From Pirellulaceae bacterium (lineage in GTDB: Bacteria > Planctomycetota > Planctomycetia > Pirellulales > Pirellulaceae), in the NCBI GenBank assembly GCA_041749395.1, contig JBGTBJ010000096.1, forward strand, positions 111-64,110: a stretch of DNA of 64,000 bases, written 5' to 3'. Position numbers and translations under genes: made by a program. How positions within the stretch are numbered: the stretch's first letter is position 1; each line of letters begins with the position of its first letter. Under the pieces are notes generated by a model. The model saw only the letters and a program-made list of their open reading frames with translations, was not told the origin of the DNA and made no database searches. Of the stretch, positions 28,327-38,186 are shown in pieces.

Positions 28327-30255
28327 GTGAAGATGCGCATAATGGGTTGGAATATTAGTCGGCTTGTATTTGTCACGCTGGCCGCCGTTTCGGTGGGTAT
28401 AGCGGGATGCAGTTCTTCGCAATCTGACGTGCCCCCCTTGGCATCTGCAGGTCAGGAGAGCTCAAAAGCCAAGAGCGCGCCGACCGGAATCATCCTGGAT
28501 GAAGGGGCCATCAGTCCTCCGGACGTCATGGTCGATCCTGACACCGTTGCCCATTTGCAACTTGGGGAAGCTGAGTCAGGAGATGGCAGCGCTGCGGATC
28601 CGAGTTTGGAACTTGTGCCGGAGCCCCTTTCGGAAGCGGAGTTGTCTGGCGAATCGGTGGTGGCGATGGCGGTACCCGAGGGTGACGGTCCTGCGGAATT
28701 ACCAACAAACGGCGACATCCTAGTGCCGGAAGAGACAGCGACAGAGTCGATTGCTGAAACGTCATCCAATGAATCTGAACCGACTGAGATTGAACTGACC
28801 GAATCGGCACCAACAGGTGATGAGCCAACAGGTGATGAGCCTGCATCGCTATTGGGGGCTGGCTTGCAAACCGAGCCTGAGACGCATGAAGATTGGCCAG
28901 AACCCCAAGTCGTGTTGGTGATTTCTGGGCAGCAACATGGATACATCGAACCGTGTGGATGCACAGGTTTAGACCGGCAAAAAGGGGGCATGATGCGTCG
29001 CGCCACATTTTTGAAACAGCTTCGCGAGCGTGGCTGGGACGTCGTTCCTATGGATGCTGGCAATCAAGTTCGCAGAACTGGTCCCCAGGCTGCCATCAAG
29101 TTTCAAACGAGCGTCAAGGGTTTGACACAGATGGGTTATCGCGCCGTTGGTTTTGGACCCGATGATTTGCAGATGGGCGCTAGTGAGCTGTTGAGTGTAG
29201 CGGCGAGTGATGGCGACAAGGGGAGCCTTTTTGCCTCGTCGAATATTGAATTGCTAGCGCCCGACTTGGTACCGACCTTGCAACGAATTGATGCCGGGGG
29301 ACGCAAGATTGGTGTAACCACGGCACTCGATCCCACCACACTGGAATCGCCCATTGATGATGCGATCGTGATTGGTGAGCTACAAAAAATGTTGACGGGC
29401 TCTCTCCAACAGCTCAAAGATCAGGGAGCCGACTTCAATGTGTTGCTGTTGTTTGGCACTGCCGATGCTGCACGGGACATTGCCACAAAGGTTCCTGGAT
29501 TTGATCTGATAGTTGCCGCCGCCACAGTGGGCGAGCCTACCTATCAAGCCGAGTCGATTGAAGGGACGTCGAGTCGGATGATAGTGACGGGTGACAAAGG
29601 GATGTATGTCGGAGTGATTGGTTTGTTCGCGGAGGAGCCTTTTCGATATTCCCGCGTGGCCCTGACGTCGGAGTTTGAAGACGCTCCGGAAATCCAATCA
29701 TTGATGGCCGAGTATCAAGATCAATTGAAGACTCTCGACTTAAAAGGATTAAAGATTGAACCCATTGCTCATCCTAGCGGTCGTGCGTTTGTAGGTGCGA
29801 AAGTCTGTGGCGAGTGTCATACGACCGCTTATACAATTTGGGAAGGGACGCCACATGCTTTGGCGACGGAGCATCTTGTGCATCCAGGCGAGCGGAGCGA
29901 AGTCTCGCGCCATTTCGATCCAGAGTGTCTCTCCTGTCATGTGACTGGGTGGAACGCTCAGAGGTACTATCCATATACCAGTGGTTACTTGTCTTTGGAG
30001 AAGACTCCTTTGATGGTGGGCAATGGTTGCGAGAATTGCCATGGACCGGGGAAAGCCCATGCGGACGCAGAGCGCAAAGGGAGCGGGCTGACGGCTGAGG
30101 AGATCAAGTCCTTGCGAAAGGCTGTCACATTAACCATGGAAAAGGCGCGCGAGAAATGCCTAGAATGCCATGACCTCGACAATAGTCCTGATTTTCATCT
30201 TGAAGGGGCGTTTGAAGAGTATTGGAGTCAAGTGGAACATTACGGAGTGGAATGA
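28327..30255 (+). CDS. Multiheme c-type cytochrome lipoprotein (c554-like, 4 CxxCH) fused to a UshA/metallophosphoesterase-like domain
   Basis: Lipobox IAG-C, acidic linker, HGYIEPCGC..QKGGMMRR...DAGN and GPDDL. Heme motifs CGECH, CLSCH, CENCH and CLECH. Confidence 0.88.
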   Translation: MKMRIMGWNISRLVFVTLAAVSVGIAGCSSSQSDVPPLASAGQESSKAKSAPTGIILDEGAISPPDVMVDPDTVAHLQLGEAESGDGSAADPSLELVPEPLSEAELSGESVVAMAVPEGDGPAELPTNGDILVPEETATESIAETSSNESEPTEIELTESAPTGDEPTGDEPASLLGAGLQTEPETHEDWPEPQVVLVISGQQHGYIEPCGCTGLDRQKGGMMRRATFLKQLRERGWDVVPMDAGNQVRRTGPQAAIKFQTSVKGLTQMGYRAVGFGPDDLQMGASELLSVAASDGDKGSLFASSNIELLAPDLVPTLQRIDAGGRKIGVTTALDPTTLESPIDDAIVIGELQKMLTGSLQQLKDQGADFNVLLLFGTADAARDIATKVPGFDLIVAAATVGEPTYQAESIEGTSSRMIVTGDKGMYVGVIGLFAEEPFRYSRVALTSEFEDAPEIQSLMAEYQDQLKTLDLKGLKIEPIAHPSGRAFVGAKVCGECHTTAYTIWEGTPHALATEHLVHPGERSEVSRHFDPECLSCHVTGWNAQRYYPYTSGYLSLEKTPLMVGNGCENCHGPGKAHADAERKGSGLTAEEIKSLRKAVTLTMEKAREKCLECHDLDNSPDFHLEGAFEEYWSQVEHYGVE

Positions 30256-30908
30256 TGCGATCGCCCCAAGTTCGAAACGGCAACCGGTTGTTGTTCGCTA
30301 TATTGCTCGTTGGCTGGTTAGCACTTTTGCCTGCTGCGTGTGGCGCGGCCCGGGCAGGTGAATTCAATCAGGTGCTCAGCATCGGCGATACCGCACCGCA
30401 ATGGGAGGACTTACCTGGAATCGATGACCGCATGCATAGTACGGCGGAATGGGCGGACTCGGAGATTCTTGTCGTTGTGTTTACCTGTTGCAGTTGTCCC
30501 TATGCTGTGGATGCAGAAGAACGATTGGTAGCGCTCGATGCATGGCTGAAAGAACGGGGTGGCAAGTTGGTTGCTATAAACGTCAACAAGGTCAAAGCCG
30601 ATTTGATGCCCAAGATGAAAGAGCGGGCCGAGGAGCGTGGATTTGAATTCCCTTTCTTGTTTGATGAGTCACAGCAGATTGCCAAAAAATATGGCGCGAC
30701 AACGACCCCTGAGTTTTTTGTGCTCGATAAGTCGCGGCGGGTGACCTACATGGGTTCTTTAGACGATAGCCCGGACGGTAAAAAGGTCACTACGCGGTAC
30801 GTTGAAGCAGCCGTTGAAAGCCTTAGGCAGGGGAGTGTGCCTGAGAAAACGGAGACGGTGCCGATTGGTTGCCGCATTCGCTTTGAACGGGAACGGAAGG
30901 GGCGCTAA
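30252..30908 (+). CDS. Exported thioredoxin-fold redoxin (AhpC/TSA-like)
   Basis: ATG 30252 overlaps the cytochrome stop (ATGA). GDTAPQW, VVFTCCSCPY, FPFLFDESQQIAKKYGATTTPEFFV and GCRI. Confidence 0.88.
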   Translation: MMRSPQVRNGNRLLFAILLVGWLALLPAACGAARAGEFNQVLSIGDTAPQWEDLPGIDDRMHSTAEWADSEILVVVFTCCSCPYAVDAEERLVALDAWLKERGGKLVAINVNKVKADLMPKMKERAEERGFEFPFLFDESQQIAKKYGATTTPEFFVLDKSRRVTYMGSLDDSPDGKKVTTRYVEAAVESLRQGSVPEKTETVPIGCRIRFERERKGR

Positions 30909-30909
30909 A

Positions 30910-30989
30910 ATAGTCGCCTTTCGCTCCGCGAAAGTAGCGTTGGTATTCGCTGTATTTTTCGCTACTTTCGCGGAGCGAAAGGCGACTAT
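30910..30989. repeat. Perfect 30-bp inverted pair of REP-like elements with a 20-bp spacer (REPIN/BIME-like)
   Basis: ATAGTCGCCTTTCGCTCCGCGAAAGTAGCG at 30910-30939 and its exact reverse complement at 30960-30989. Each arm has an internal hairpin CTTTCGC-TCC-GCGAAAG. Confidence 0.92.
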
Positions 30990-31123
30990 CTTAATTTTGC
31001 CGCCTCGGGGCGAAATAGGCGTTGGCTTGGTTGGGTTGATTTAGGTACTTACTAGGTGGATTGCTAGAGAGGCAACGGTTCGCGCGAACCGTTGCTAAGG
31101 AAGCCTTCACCCACTTAAAACCC

Positions 31124-32908
31124 ATGTCTACAGCCCGCAGACCCCAGTTGGACGATCGCCGCCGCATGGTGATCTACAGCCAACGCTTTGCTGATGACGA
31201 GGGTGCGCAGACCAAGCGTGCCAGGGGTGTCGATCCGAGTGTTAAGGAGGCGCGTCGTCCTGTTTCGGCATATGGTTGGCGTGTACAACGGCGATTGCGT
31301 GCGCGTTGGTATGGCTTGGTGCCTGTGCGTCGACGAGCACTTTGGGCTGTGACAGCAACGCTGTTCGCCGCTGTGTTGTTACTTGCCATAGGGCATTGGG
31401 CCGCCTTGATGTGGGCGCCGATTGCTTATCGACCTGAAATCGCTCGGCCACTGCGATTGGATCGCCCCGACAGTTTTGGGACTTGGCTGGGCAGCGTCAT
31501 GTTGCTTTTTTCGGCAGGCATTTCCTTTCTTATTTATCAGCTAAGGCGATACCGAGCTGATGACTACCATGGGCATTATCGCTTGTGGCGGATCGCCATC
31601 TTGGTGTGTTTGCTCGCCAGTCTCGATAGTGTCGTTCAGTTTTCTACTATGTTGGGCGGGTTGATCGACGTTGTCTTAGCGCAGCGCGAAGTGCTTGCAG
31701 GGGCCGACTGGATGCGTTTGCTAGTTGGCATTGGGGGTGCAGCGTTTGGGCTGCGAATGATGGGCGAATTATGGCGCGATCGCTGGGCAGCCGGCACGAT
31801 GTTCGCGGCCTTTCTTTGCTTTTCCGTAGGGCCCGCACAGCGATGGCATGTCCTGGGGCTCGATTCGATACAAGCAGTATTTTGGGTTCCCATCGCCCTG
31901 CTGATGGGAAGAACATTGCTGACAGTCACTACCGTAGTCCATTTGCGAACGCTGTACCGTGAAGTCAGGAAATTTGAGGCGAGCCAGCGGGTCAGGGATC
32001 AATTGCTTGGCATGTTGCCCAAATGGCCACAGCGCAAACCGAAGAACGAAGTGGAAGAAGTTGCGGCGCCTCCAAAACGCCGCGCTCGCAAAGTGGCAGT
32101 TGTCGAAACCAAAGAAAAAGAAGACGTTGTTGAGAAGAGAGTGCCGGTGAGCAGGCCCGCAGTTAGCCAACCGACGGGCAGTAAGCAGCCCGTCATTAAG
32201 GAGTCGGTGAGTAAGGAGCCGGACAGCGAGGAAATCGCGCCGCGGCGGCGTCGGTGGCCTTTCTCGCGAACTGCCAAACCAACAGAGGAATCTGTTCCAT
32301 CGCTGAGTGAGACCGTGGAACCGAGTGCTGCGCGAGTGAAGCCTCGTGTCGATGCAGGGAGCGAAGAAAATACTGCTGCCCCTCGTCGCTGGTGGAAGTT
32401 AGGTAAGAAATCGGAAAAGGACTTAAATGGCGAGGCGAACGAAGAAGTAAAGCAAGTAAACAAAGTGCCACCTGCCACGGCCGTTGCAAATGCGAAGTCC
32501 AAAGAGCCAACGAACGCGAAGCCCAAAGAGCCAGCCGCTGCGAAGTCCAAAGAGCTGGTGGACGAAGGTGGCGAGAAGAAGCGGCGGTTTGGATTTGGCT
32601 TGGGATTGCTGAGTCGCAAGCGGACGACCGAAGATAAAGAGCAGGAAGCAGGCCAGGGAAAGAACGGGGCCGCAGCGCAAAAGCCGAGCCCTGCAGAGAA
32701 AAATGTAGCGGCGACAGCGGCGGCCGGTGTGAAACCAGCGGCCGCGCCTTCCACGACGAAATCTACGGAATCCCAACGAGAAGAGGATGAAGAGGGAGAT
32801 GACGAAGGCGAGGAAGGGGAGGACGATGGGGTTGATTGGGGTGGTATGAATAAATCCGAGCGTCGTCGCATGCGGAAGTTGATGAAGCGTCAAGGCAAGG
32901 CGGCTTGA
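31124..32908 (+). CDS. Hypothetical membrane protein with a long disordered charged C-terminal tail
   Basis: ORF 31061..32908, likely start 31124. About 7 TM helices, then a Lys/Glu/Pro/Ala-rich tail, an acidic block and the basic terminus NKSERRRMRKLMKRQGKAA. Confidence 0.75.
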   Translation: MSTARRPQLDDRRRMVIYSQRFADDEGAQTKRARGVDPSVKEARRPVSAYGWRVQRRLRARWYGLVPVRRRALWAVTATLFAAVLLLAIGHWAALMWAPIAYRPEIARPLRLDRPDSFGTWLGSVMLLFSAGISFLIYQLRRYRADDYHGHYRLWRIAILVCLLASLDSVVQFSTMLGGLIDVVLAQREVLAGADWMRLLVGIGGAAFGLRMMGELWRDRWAAGTMFAAFLCFSVGPAQRWHVLGLDSIQAVFWVPIALLMGRTLLTVTTVVHLRTLYREVRKFEASQRVRDQLLGMLPKWPQRKPKNEVEEVAAPPKRRARKVAVVETKEKEDVVEKRVPVSRPAVSQPTGSKQPVIKESVSKEPDSEEIAPRRRRWPFSRTAKPTEESVPSLSETVEPSAARVKPRVDAGSEENTAAPRRWWKLGKKSEKDLNGEANEEVKQVNKVPPATAVANAKSKEPTNAKPKEPAAAKSKELVDEGGEKKRRFGFGLGLLSRKRTTEDKEQEAGQGKNGAAAQKPSPAEKNVAATAAAGVKPAAAPSTTKSTESQREEDEEGDDEGEEGEDDGVDWGGMNKSERRRMRKLMKRQGKAA

Positions 32909-32982
32909 TTCTTTTGGCGGCAAGAGTGACAACCACTTGTTGAACTTTTCCTTCCAGACTTTCTCGCAATATTCAATCGTTC

Positions 32983-34539
32983 ATGGTCCGCACACGATTT
33001 GCTCCGAGTCCGACCGGTTATCTACACATCGGTGGAGTCCGTACGGCGTTATTCAATTGGTTGCTTGCTCGGCAGGCGGGTGGTCAATTCCTGTTGCGGA
33101 TTGACGATACCGACCAGCAGCGAAACGTGGAGGCGGCACTGCAGCCCATTCTTGATGGATTTCGTTGGTTGGGATTGGATTGGGACGAAGGTCCAGAAGT
33201 GGGTGGTCCGCACGCACCTTATTTTCAATCGCAGCGGGGAGAATATTACGCAGCCGCAGTGCATCAATTGTTGGCTAGCGGTCATGCTTATCGCGATTAC
33301 GCACGAACGGAAGAATTGCAAGAGCAACGCACGGCTGCTGAAAAAGCTGGGCTCGCGTTTGTTTACGATCGCCGATTTATGGCCGAAGATGACGCAGCTG
33401 CCGAGAAATTTGCTGCCGAGGGGCGGGCTGGTGTGGTGCGATTAAAGATGCCACGCGAAGGTGAATGTGTGATTCAGGACCACATTCGTGGCGAGGTTCG
33501 GATTGAATGGGCCAGCGAGCAAGACCATGTGATTCAGCGCGCCGACGGAACTTGCTTGTACCACCTCGCCAGCGTGGTCGATGATTACATGTATGAAATT
33601 ACGCATGTAGTTCGCGCGGAGGAGCATTTGCCAAATACACCACGGCAAATTTTCATTGCGCAGAGTTTGGGATATCCCTTGCCCGAGTATGCTCACCTAC
33701 CCTATGTGGCCGAGCCAGGGGGGACAGCCAAGTTGAGCAAACGCAAGTTAGACAAGTACCTCAAGAACAAGGATTTTGCCGCACTGCTGGCGCATGGCAA
33801 ACGCATTGCTGAGCGGAGCCAGATGCAGGTGGATCAGGAGACGTTTAATCCAGTTATTGTTGACTTTTACCGCGAGATCGGATTTTTGTCTGACGCAATT
33901 CTGAATTATCTATTGTTGCTTGGCTGGTCTTTGGATGGGTCGACGGAGCGATTTACGCGTGAAGAAATGATTGCGAATTTCTCTCTCGCTCGGGTCAATA
34001 AAGCACCGGCCAGTTTTGATACACAGAAAATGATGGCGTTTCAAACCGATCGTATGGTCGAATTGGACGTGAAGAAAAAGACCGCTATGGTCTTGCCCTA
34101 TCTACAGCGTGCTGGGTTAGTGAGCGATCCACCGCCATGCGAAGTGGCTGACAAAGTCGGCAGGATTCTGCAAGCTGTGGGGGATCGCGTCAAGGTTGCC
34201 GGAGACATCCTTGATTATGACTTCTGTTTTGTGGGAGTCGAGCAATTGCGATATGACGAGAAGTCCTTTGATAAACGAATTGCCAATGCGGAGGGGATCA
34301 AGCCGTTGCTGCAACGGTTTGCTCAACGGTTAGCACAGACGGCATCGTTTGTGGCGAGCGACTTGGATGCATTGCTGCATCAATTTTGCGAACAGGAAGG
34401 AATCCAAATAGGACAAATTATTCACGGATTGCGAGTTGCCGTGACAGGGCAGGGAGTCGGTTTTGGAATGTTTGACTCGATGGAAGTTATCGGACGAGAG
34501 GAGTGTGTGGCGCGAATTGGTCACACGATTTCGCGCTGA
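32983..34539 (+). CDS. gltX: Glutamate--tRNA ligase
   Basis: [40 protein letters not shown] and KLSKR. Confidence 0.97.
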   Translation: MVRTRFAPSPTGYLHIGGVRTALFNWLLARQAGGQFLLRIDDTDQQRNVEAALQPILDGFRWLGLDWDEGPEVGGPHAPYFQSQRGEYYAAAVHQLLASGHAYRDYARTEELQEQRTAAEKAGLAFVYDRRFMAEDDAAAEKFAAEGRAGVVRLKMPREGECVIQDHIRGEVRIEWASEQDHVIQRADGTCLYHLASVVDDYMYEITHVVRAEEHLPNTPRQIFIAQSLGYPLPEYAHLPYVAEPGGTAKLSKRKLDKYLKNKDFAALLAHGKRIAERSQMQVDQETFNPVIVDFYREIGFLSDAILNYLLLLGWSLDGSTERFTREEMIANFSLARVNKAPASFDTQKMMAFQTDRMVELDVKKKTAMVLPYLQRAGLVSDPPPCEVADKVGRILQAVGDRVKVAGDILDYDFCFVGVEQLRYDEKSFDKRIANAEGIKPLLQRFAQRLAQTASFVASDLDALLHQFCEQEGIQIGQIIHGLRVAVTGQGVGFGMFDSMEVIGREECVARIGHTISR

Positions 34540-34776
34540 TGAGTGGCCATTGGATTTGCTGAATGTCGCCCCTTGGGTGTGCGGTTTGGATACAGTTCCG
34601 TTGAGGGAATGTTGAGTTGCCGGGCGACTGGCTCTTGGTGCGGGCTCGTGGTGCGAATTGTCGCGGGTCGGTTGGGGGCGACGCCAAGGATTGAAGCGGT
34701 AGAATGACAGAGGCATCAGTGCCAGGTTGGGCTGGTGGATAGGCAATAGTTCCTGAGTTGCGGTGAAGTTGCAAGT

Positions 34777-36078
34777 ATGAAACGCTTAGCATTGATCGTC
34801 GGTATGGTAGCCAGCATTTCGACCCTGGTTGGGTGCCAGCAAGAGATTCCTGATACATTCGAGACCAACTTGGTTCAGTCGCACAAGTATGCGATGACCA
34901 AGGGGCTGCCAATGGATCAAGTGGCTAAAGACTCAAACTGGGCATTGCAGCGACTCTTTGGAACTCCGAACGAGCCAAGGATTCCAGAGGGTCTGGATGA
35001 GGAGCTGGCAAGTCTGATTTCATTGGAGCGATTGAAGCGAGCAGCCGGGCCCATCCAACCGGAGGGGAGTGAAGTCGCGGGAGGCTTATATCGACGTCAC
35101 TGTGCAACATGTCATGGAGAGAGTGGCAGCGGCCGGGGGCCAACAGGCGCGATCCTTAATCCCTATCCGCGCGATTATCGCATGGGTGTTTTTAAGTTCA
35201 AAAGCACATCGCGATCCGGTAAACCAACTCGGGATGACTTGGCCAAATTAATTCGTAACGGCATTAAGGGAACGGCCATGGTTCCGATTCCTGCGCTGAC
35301 GGATGAGGACGTTCAGTCGCTGGTCGACTATGTCATTTATCTTTCTTGGCGTGGTGAGCTGGAGCGAATTCTCATTGATACGGCAGTTATGGATTTGGAT
35401 CTTGAAGCCGATCCACCCGAGCGGTTGCTCGATACTGAGTATTCCAGTGTTACGGATGGTGAAAATGCTGAAATGTTCAAGGAGCAATGGGAATATGTCA
35501 TTGAGCCCATGGAAGAGATTGGGCTGGAATGGTTAGAAGCGAGCGACGATGTCACGGAAGTCGAGTTACCGACAGACATTCCGATGCCAAAAGATCGCGC
35601 CGCCTTTGTGGCCATGCTGGCAAGTGAAAAGGGCGCGGAATTGCAGGCTTCCGTTGACCGGGGTAGAGAATTATTCGGTAGCGAATTGGTTGGATGTGCG
35701 AAGTGCCATGGCAAAGAGGGCAAGGGAGATGGGCAGACGAACGACTTTGATGACTGGACCAAAGACTGGACTGCCAAGGTAGGGCTGGACCCCAAAGACA
35801 CCGCAGCATTGACCCCATTACTAGCGCGGGGCGCTCTACCACCGGTGAACATTCAGCCGCGAAATTTTGCTGAAGGTGTATTCCGTGGCGGTAGTGCACC
35901 GGAGGATTTATACCGTCGAATTATCAATGGAATCGCGGGAACTCCGATGCCCGCAGCCACGTTTGTCGACGGCAAATTTGAACGGGACGACGTATGGCAC
36001 TTGATCAACTTCATTCGTTCTTTGGACAAGTCCGAATTGCCGACGGAAGTGGTTGGCGAGCAGCCCGTCACGCTCTAG
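34777..36078 (+). CDS. Diheme cytochrome c lipoprotein
   Basis: Lipobox LVG-C, CATCH and CAKCH. Repeated PR(D/N)(Y/F)..GVF..G.......NGI.GT.MP/MVP motifs. Confidence 0.88.
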   Translation: MKRLALIVGMVASISTLVGCQQEIPDTFETNLVQSHKYAMTKGLPMDQVAKDSNWALQRLFGTPNEPRIPEGLDEELASLISLERLKRAAGPIQPEGSEVAGGLYRRHCATCHGESGSGRGPTGAILNPYPRDYRMGVFKFKSTSRSGKPTRDDLAKLIRNGIKGTAMVPIPALTDEDVQSLVDYVIYLSWRGELERILIDTAVMDLDLEADPPERLLDTEYSSVTDGENAEMFKEQWEYVIEPMEEIGLEWLEASDDVTEVELPTDIPMPKDRAAFVAMLASEKGAELQASVDRGRELFGSELVGCAKCHGKEGKGDGQTNDFDDWTKDWTAKVGLDPKDTAALTPLLARGALPPVNIQPRNFAEGVFRGGSAPEDLYRRIINGIAGTPMPAATFVDGKFERDDVWHLINFIRSLDKSELPTEVVGEQPVTL

Positions 36079-36085
36079 GCCCGCT

Positions 36086-36925
36086 CTAGGCAACCGGGAC
36101 GAGCAGGTTGGGCCGATAGCAAGTGGCCTGACCGACGCGGTGCGCTTTGAAGCGAGGGCCCAAGTCGTGGAGGCTCTCGCTGCAACCGACGAATAGGTAT
36201 CCGCCTGGTGCAATGCGGCTGGCGAGTCGATCGAAGACTGCTACTCTAGCATCTTTTTTGAAATAGATGGCCACGTTGCGGCAGTAGATGATTTCGAAGG
36301 GTCCTTGTGTCGGCGGGAGTTTGTGCAGGTTGTGCACGCTGAACTGAATCATTCGTTTTAGTTCGGGCCGAACTTCCCAAATGTCGCCCGAGCGAGTAAA
36401 GAATCTTTCTCGTTGGGGCGCGGCAACGCCTCGGTCCATTTCGTGAGCTGGAAATCGTCCCTCGCGCGCTTTTGCAACAGCGGCCGGTGACACATCGCTG
36501 GCCATGATTGAAATGTCCCAGCGGACAATATCGGGGAGCGATTCTAGCAAGGTCATAGCCAAGCTATAGGGTTCTTGGCCAGTGCTGCAGGCAGCCGACC
36601 AAATGCGTAGGCGAGGGCGTCCGGTTCCTGCAGCATCACGGAGGCTTGGTAGAATCTGGGACTTCAGAGCTTCGAAGGGTGATCGATCACGAAAGAAAAG
36701 CGTTTCGTTGGTTGTGAGCGCATCGACCAAACGATCGCGCAATTGCATGCGGCTCGATTTTTCGGCATCGCGAGCCAGCGTTTCGTAGTCGGGGAAACCG
36801 AATTCCTCTAATAGTGGTCGCAGTCGGCCGCGAATCATATAGAGTTTGCTCTGGTCGAGAGCTACACCGCAGAGTTCTTCGACCAGATCACAGAGACGCG
36901 TTACGGAAGGTTCTATTACAGACAT
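36086..36925 (-). CDS. cheR: Chemotaxis methyltransferase CheR
   Basis: LTTNETLFFRD, RIWSAACSTGQEPYS, IIYCRNVAIYF and GGYLFVG. Confidence 0.95.
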   Translation of the reverse strand: MSVIEPSVTRLCDLVEELCGVALDQSKLYMIRGRLRPLLEEFGFPDYETLARDAEKSSRMQLRDRLVDALTTNETLFFRDRSPFEALKSQILPSLRDAAGTGRPRLRIWSAACSTGQEPYSLAMTLLESLPDIVRWDISIMASDVSPAAVAKAREGRFPAHEMDRGVAAPQRERFFTRSGDIWEVRPELKRMIQFSVHNLHKLPPTQGPFEIIYCRNVAIYFKKDARVAVFDRLASRIAPGGYLFVGCSESLHDLGPRFKAHRVGQATCYRPNLLVPVA

Positions 36926-38106
36926 ACCATGGCACCCTGTCCCGCAATGCGCGACATGAGCGAGGGGATTTGGTGAAGGGGTTCAATACGATCGGCTAGA
37001 CCGGCATCGATCACTTGTCGAGGCATTCCAAAAACAATGCAAGAGGCTTCATCTTGGGCGATAATGCGTGCGCCGCAAGCGTGGAGTTGTCGACTGCCGG
37101 CGGTCCCATCGTTGCCCATTCCGGTCAAGACGATGGCTACACAATTTCCGCCATAGGTATCGGCGACGGAAGAGAACAGGTAATCGACGCTCGGCTTGCA
37201 AGCGCGAATGGGCGGGTCATCGGTGATTTCAATGTGACGGCAACCCGCCATGCCGGCGACTCGCATCTGAGCCCCACCGGGTGCAATATAAACGGTGCCT
37301 GGTCGAATCAATTGGCGATGCTGAGCTTCACAAACGGTGACAGCGCAGACGTCGTTAAGATCTCGCGCCAAAGATGCCGTGAAGAGTGGCGGCATATGTT
37401 GGACGATTAAGATAGGAAGAGGAAAATTGGCTGGTAGCTTTGGCAATATATCGCGTAGCGCCGAGGGGCCGCCGGTCGACACGCCAATGACGATAACATC
37501 AGCAGTCGTGCAGCGGGGTCGAGGCTTGGAGCTGACAGTGGGTGGAGGCGTTTCTATGCTGGGCGGATTGCCCAGACGCATAGAATTGTCCCGACGTGCG
37601 GCCCACGAAGGGCTGCTAGCGGTTGTATCGACGGTAGTGTTTGAGCTGCCTGATTCGGTACGACGCCTACGGCGCTTTCGAATCGCATCTATTTTCGGAA
37701 CGAGTGCTGCCAGCAATTCTCGCATATTAGACTCGGGATCATTTGCATTTGGCTTCAGGACGAAATCAAAAGCGCCCAACGAGAGTGCTTTTGTGGTCAC
37801 ATCCGCTCCACGATCAGTCTGGCCACTGACCATAATCACATCGCAATCGATGCCCCGTTCTCGAATCGCCTTCAAGACTTCCAAACCATCTTTCCCTGGC
37901 ATCTCGACATCGAGAGTCACCAGATCAGGACGATGTTCAGTAATCTTGTCAATTGCCTTTAGACCGTCGGCCGCAATATCAATCACAGTGATATTGGGCA
38001 TTTGCTTGAGGCAATCTCGAACGACTTTTCGAAAAATCAACGAGTCATCAACAACGATGCAATTAAGCGGTTGTGGAGATCGATCGTGGTTAGGCGTAAA
38101 GACCAT
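36916..38106 (-). CDS. cheB: Chemotaxis response regulator protein-glutamate methylesterase CheB
   Basis: ORF 36916..38175, likely start 38106. REC domain (VTLDVEMP). Catalytic motifs IGVSTGGP, VQHMP and LTGMGNDG. Confidence 0.95.
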   Translation of the reverse strand: MVFTPNHDRSPQPLNCIVVDDSLIFRKVVRDCLKQMPNITVIDIAADGLKAIDKITEHRPDLVTLDVEMPGKDGLEVLKAIRERGIDCDVIMVSGQTDRGADVTTKALSLGAFDFVLKPNANDPESNMRELLAALVPKIDAIRKRRRRRTESGSSNTTVDTTASSPSWAARRDNSMRLGNPPSIETPPPTVSSKPRPRCTTADVIVIGVSTGGPSALRDILPKLPANFPLPILIVQHMPPLFTASLARDLNDVCAVTVCEAQHRQLIRPGTVYIAPGGAQMRVAGMAGCRHIEITDDPPIRACKPSVDYLFSSVADTYGGNCVAIVLTGMGNDGTAGSRQLHACGARIIAQDEASCIVFGMPRQVIDAGLADRIEPLHQIPSLMSRIAGQGAMVCL

Positions 38107-38186
38107 TGAGTTTTTTTGCTGAGGCAGAACGAGTCGGGCAAGGAATAAGCGGCGAAGGGGCATAAGCCGCCACAAACACAGTGGAA

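Noticed and set aside
28954-28962. Possible selenocysteine recoding in the UshA-like motif
   Set aside because: Both positions are Cys codons (TGT, TGC). There is no in-frame TGA.
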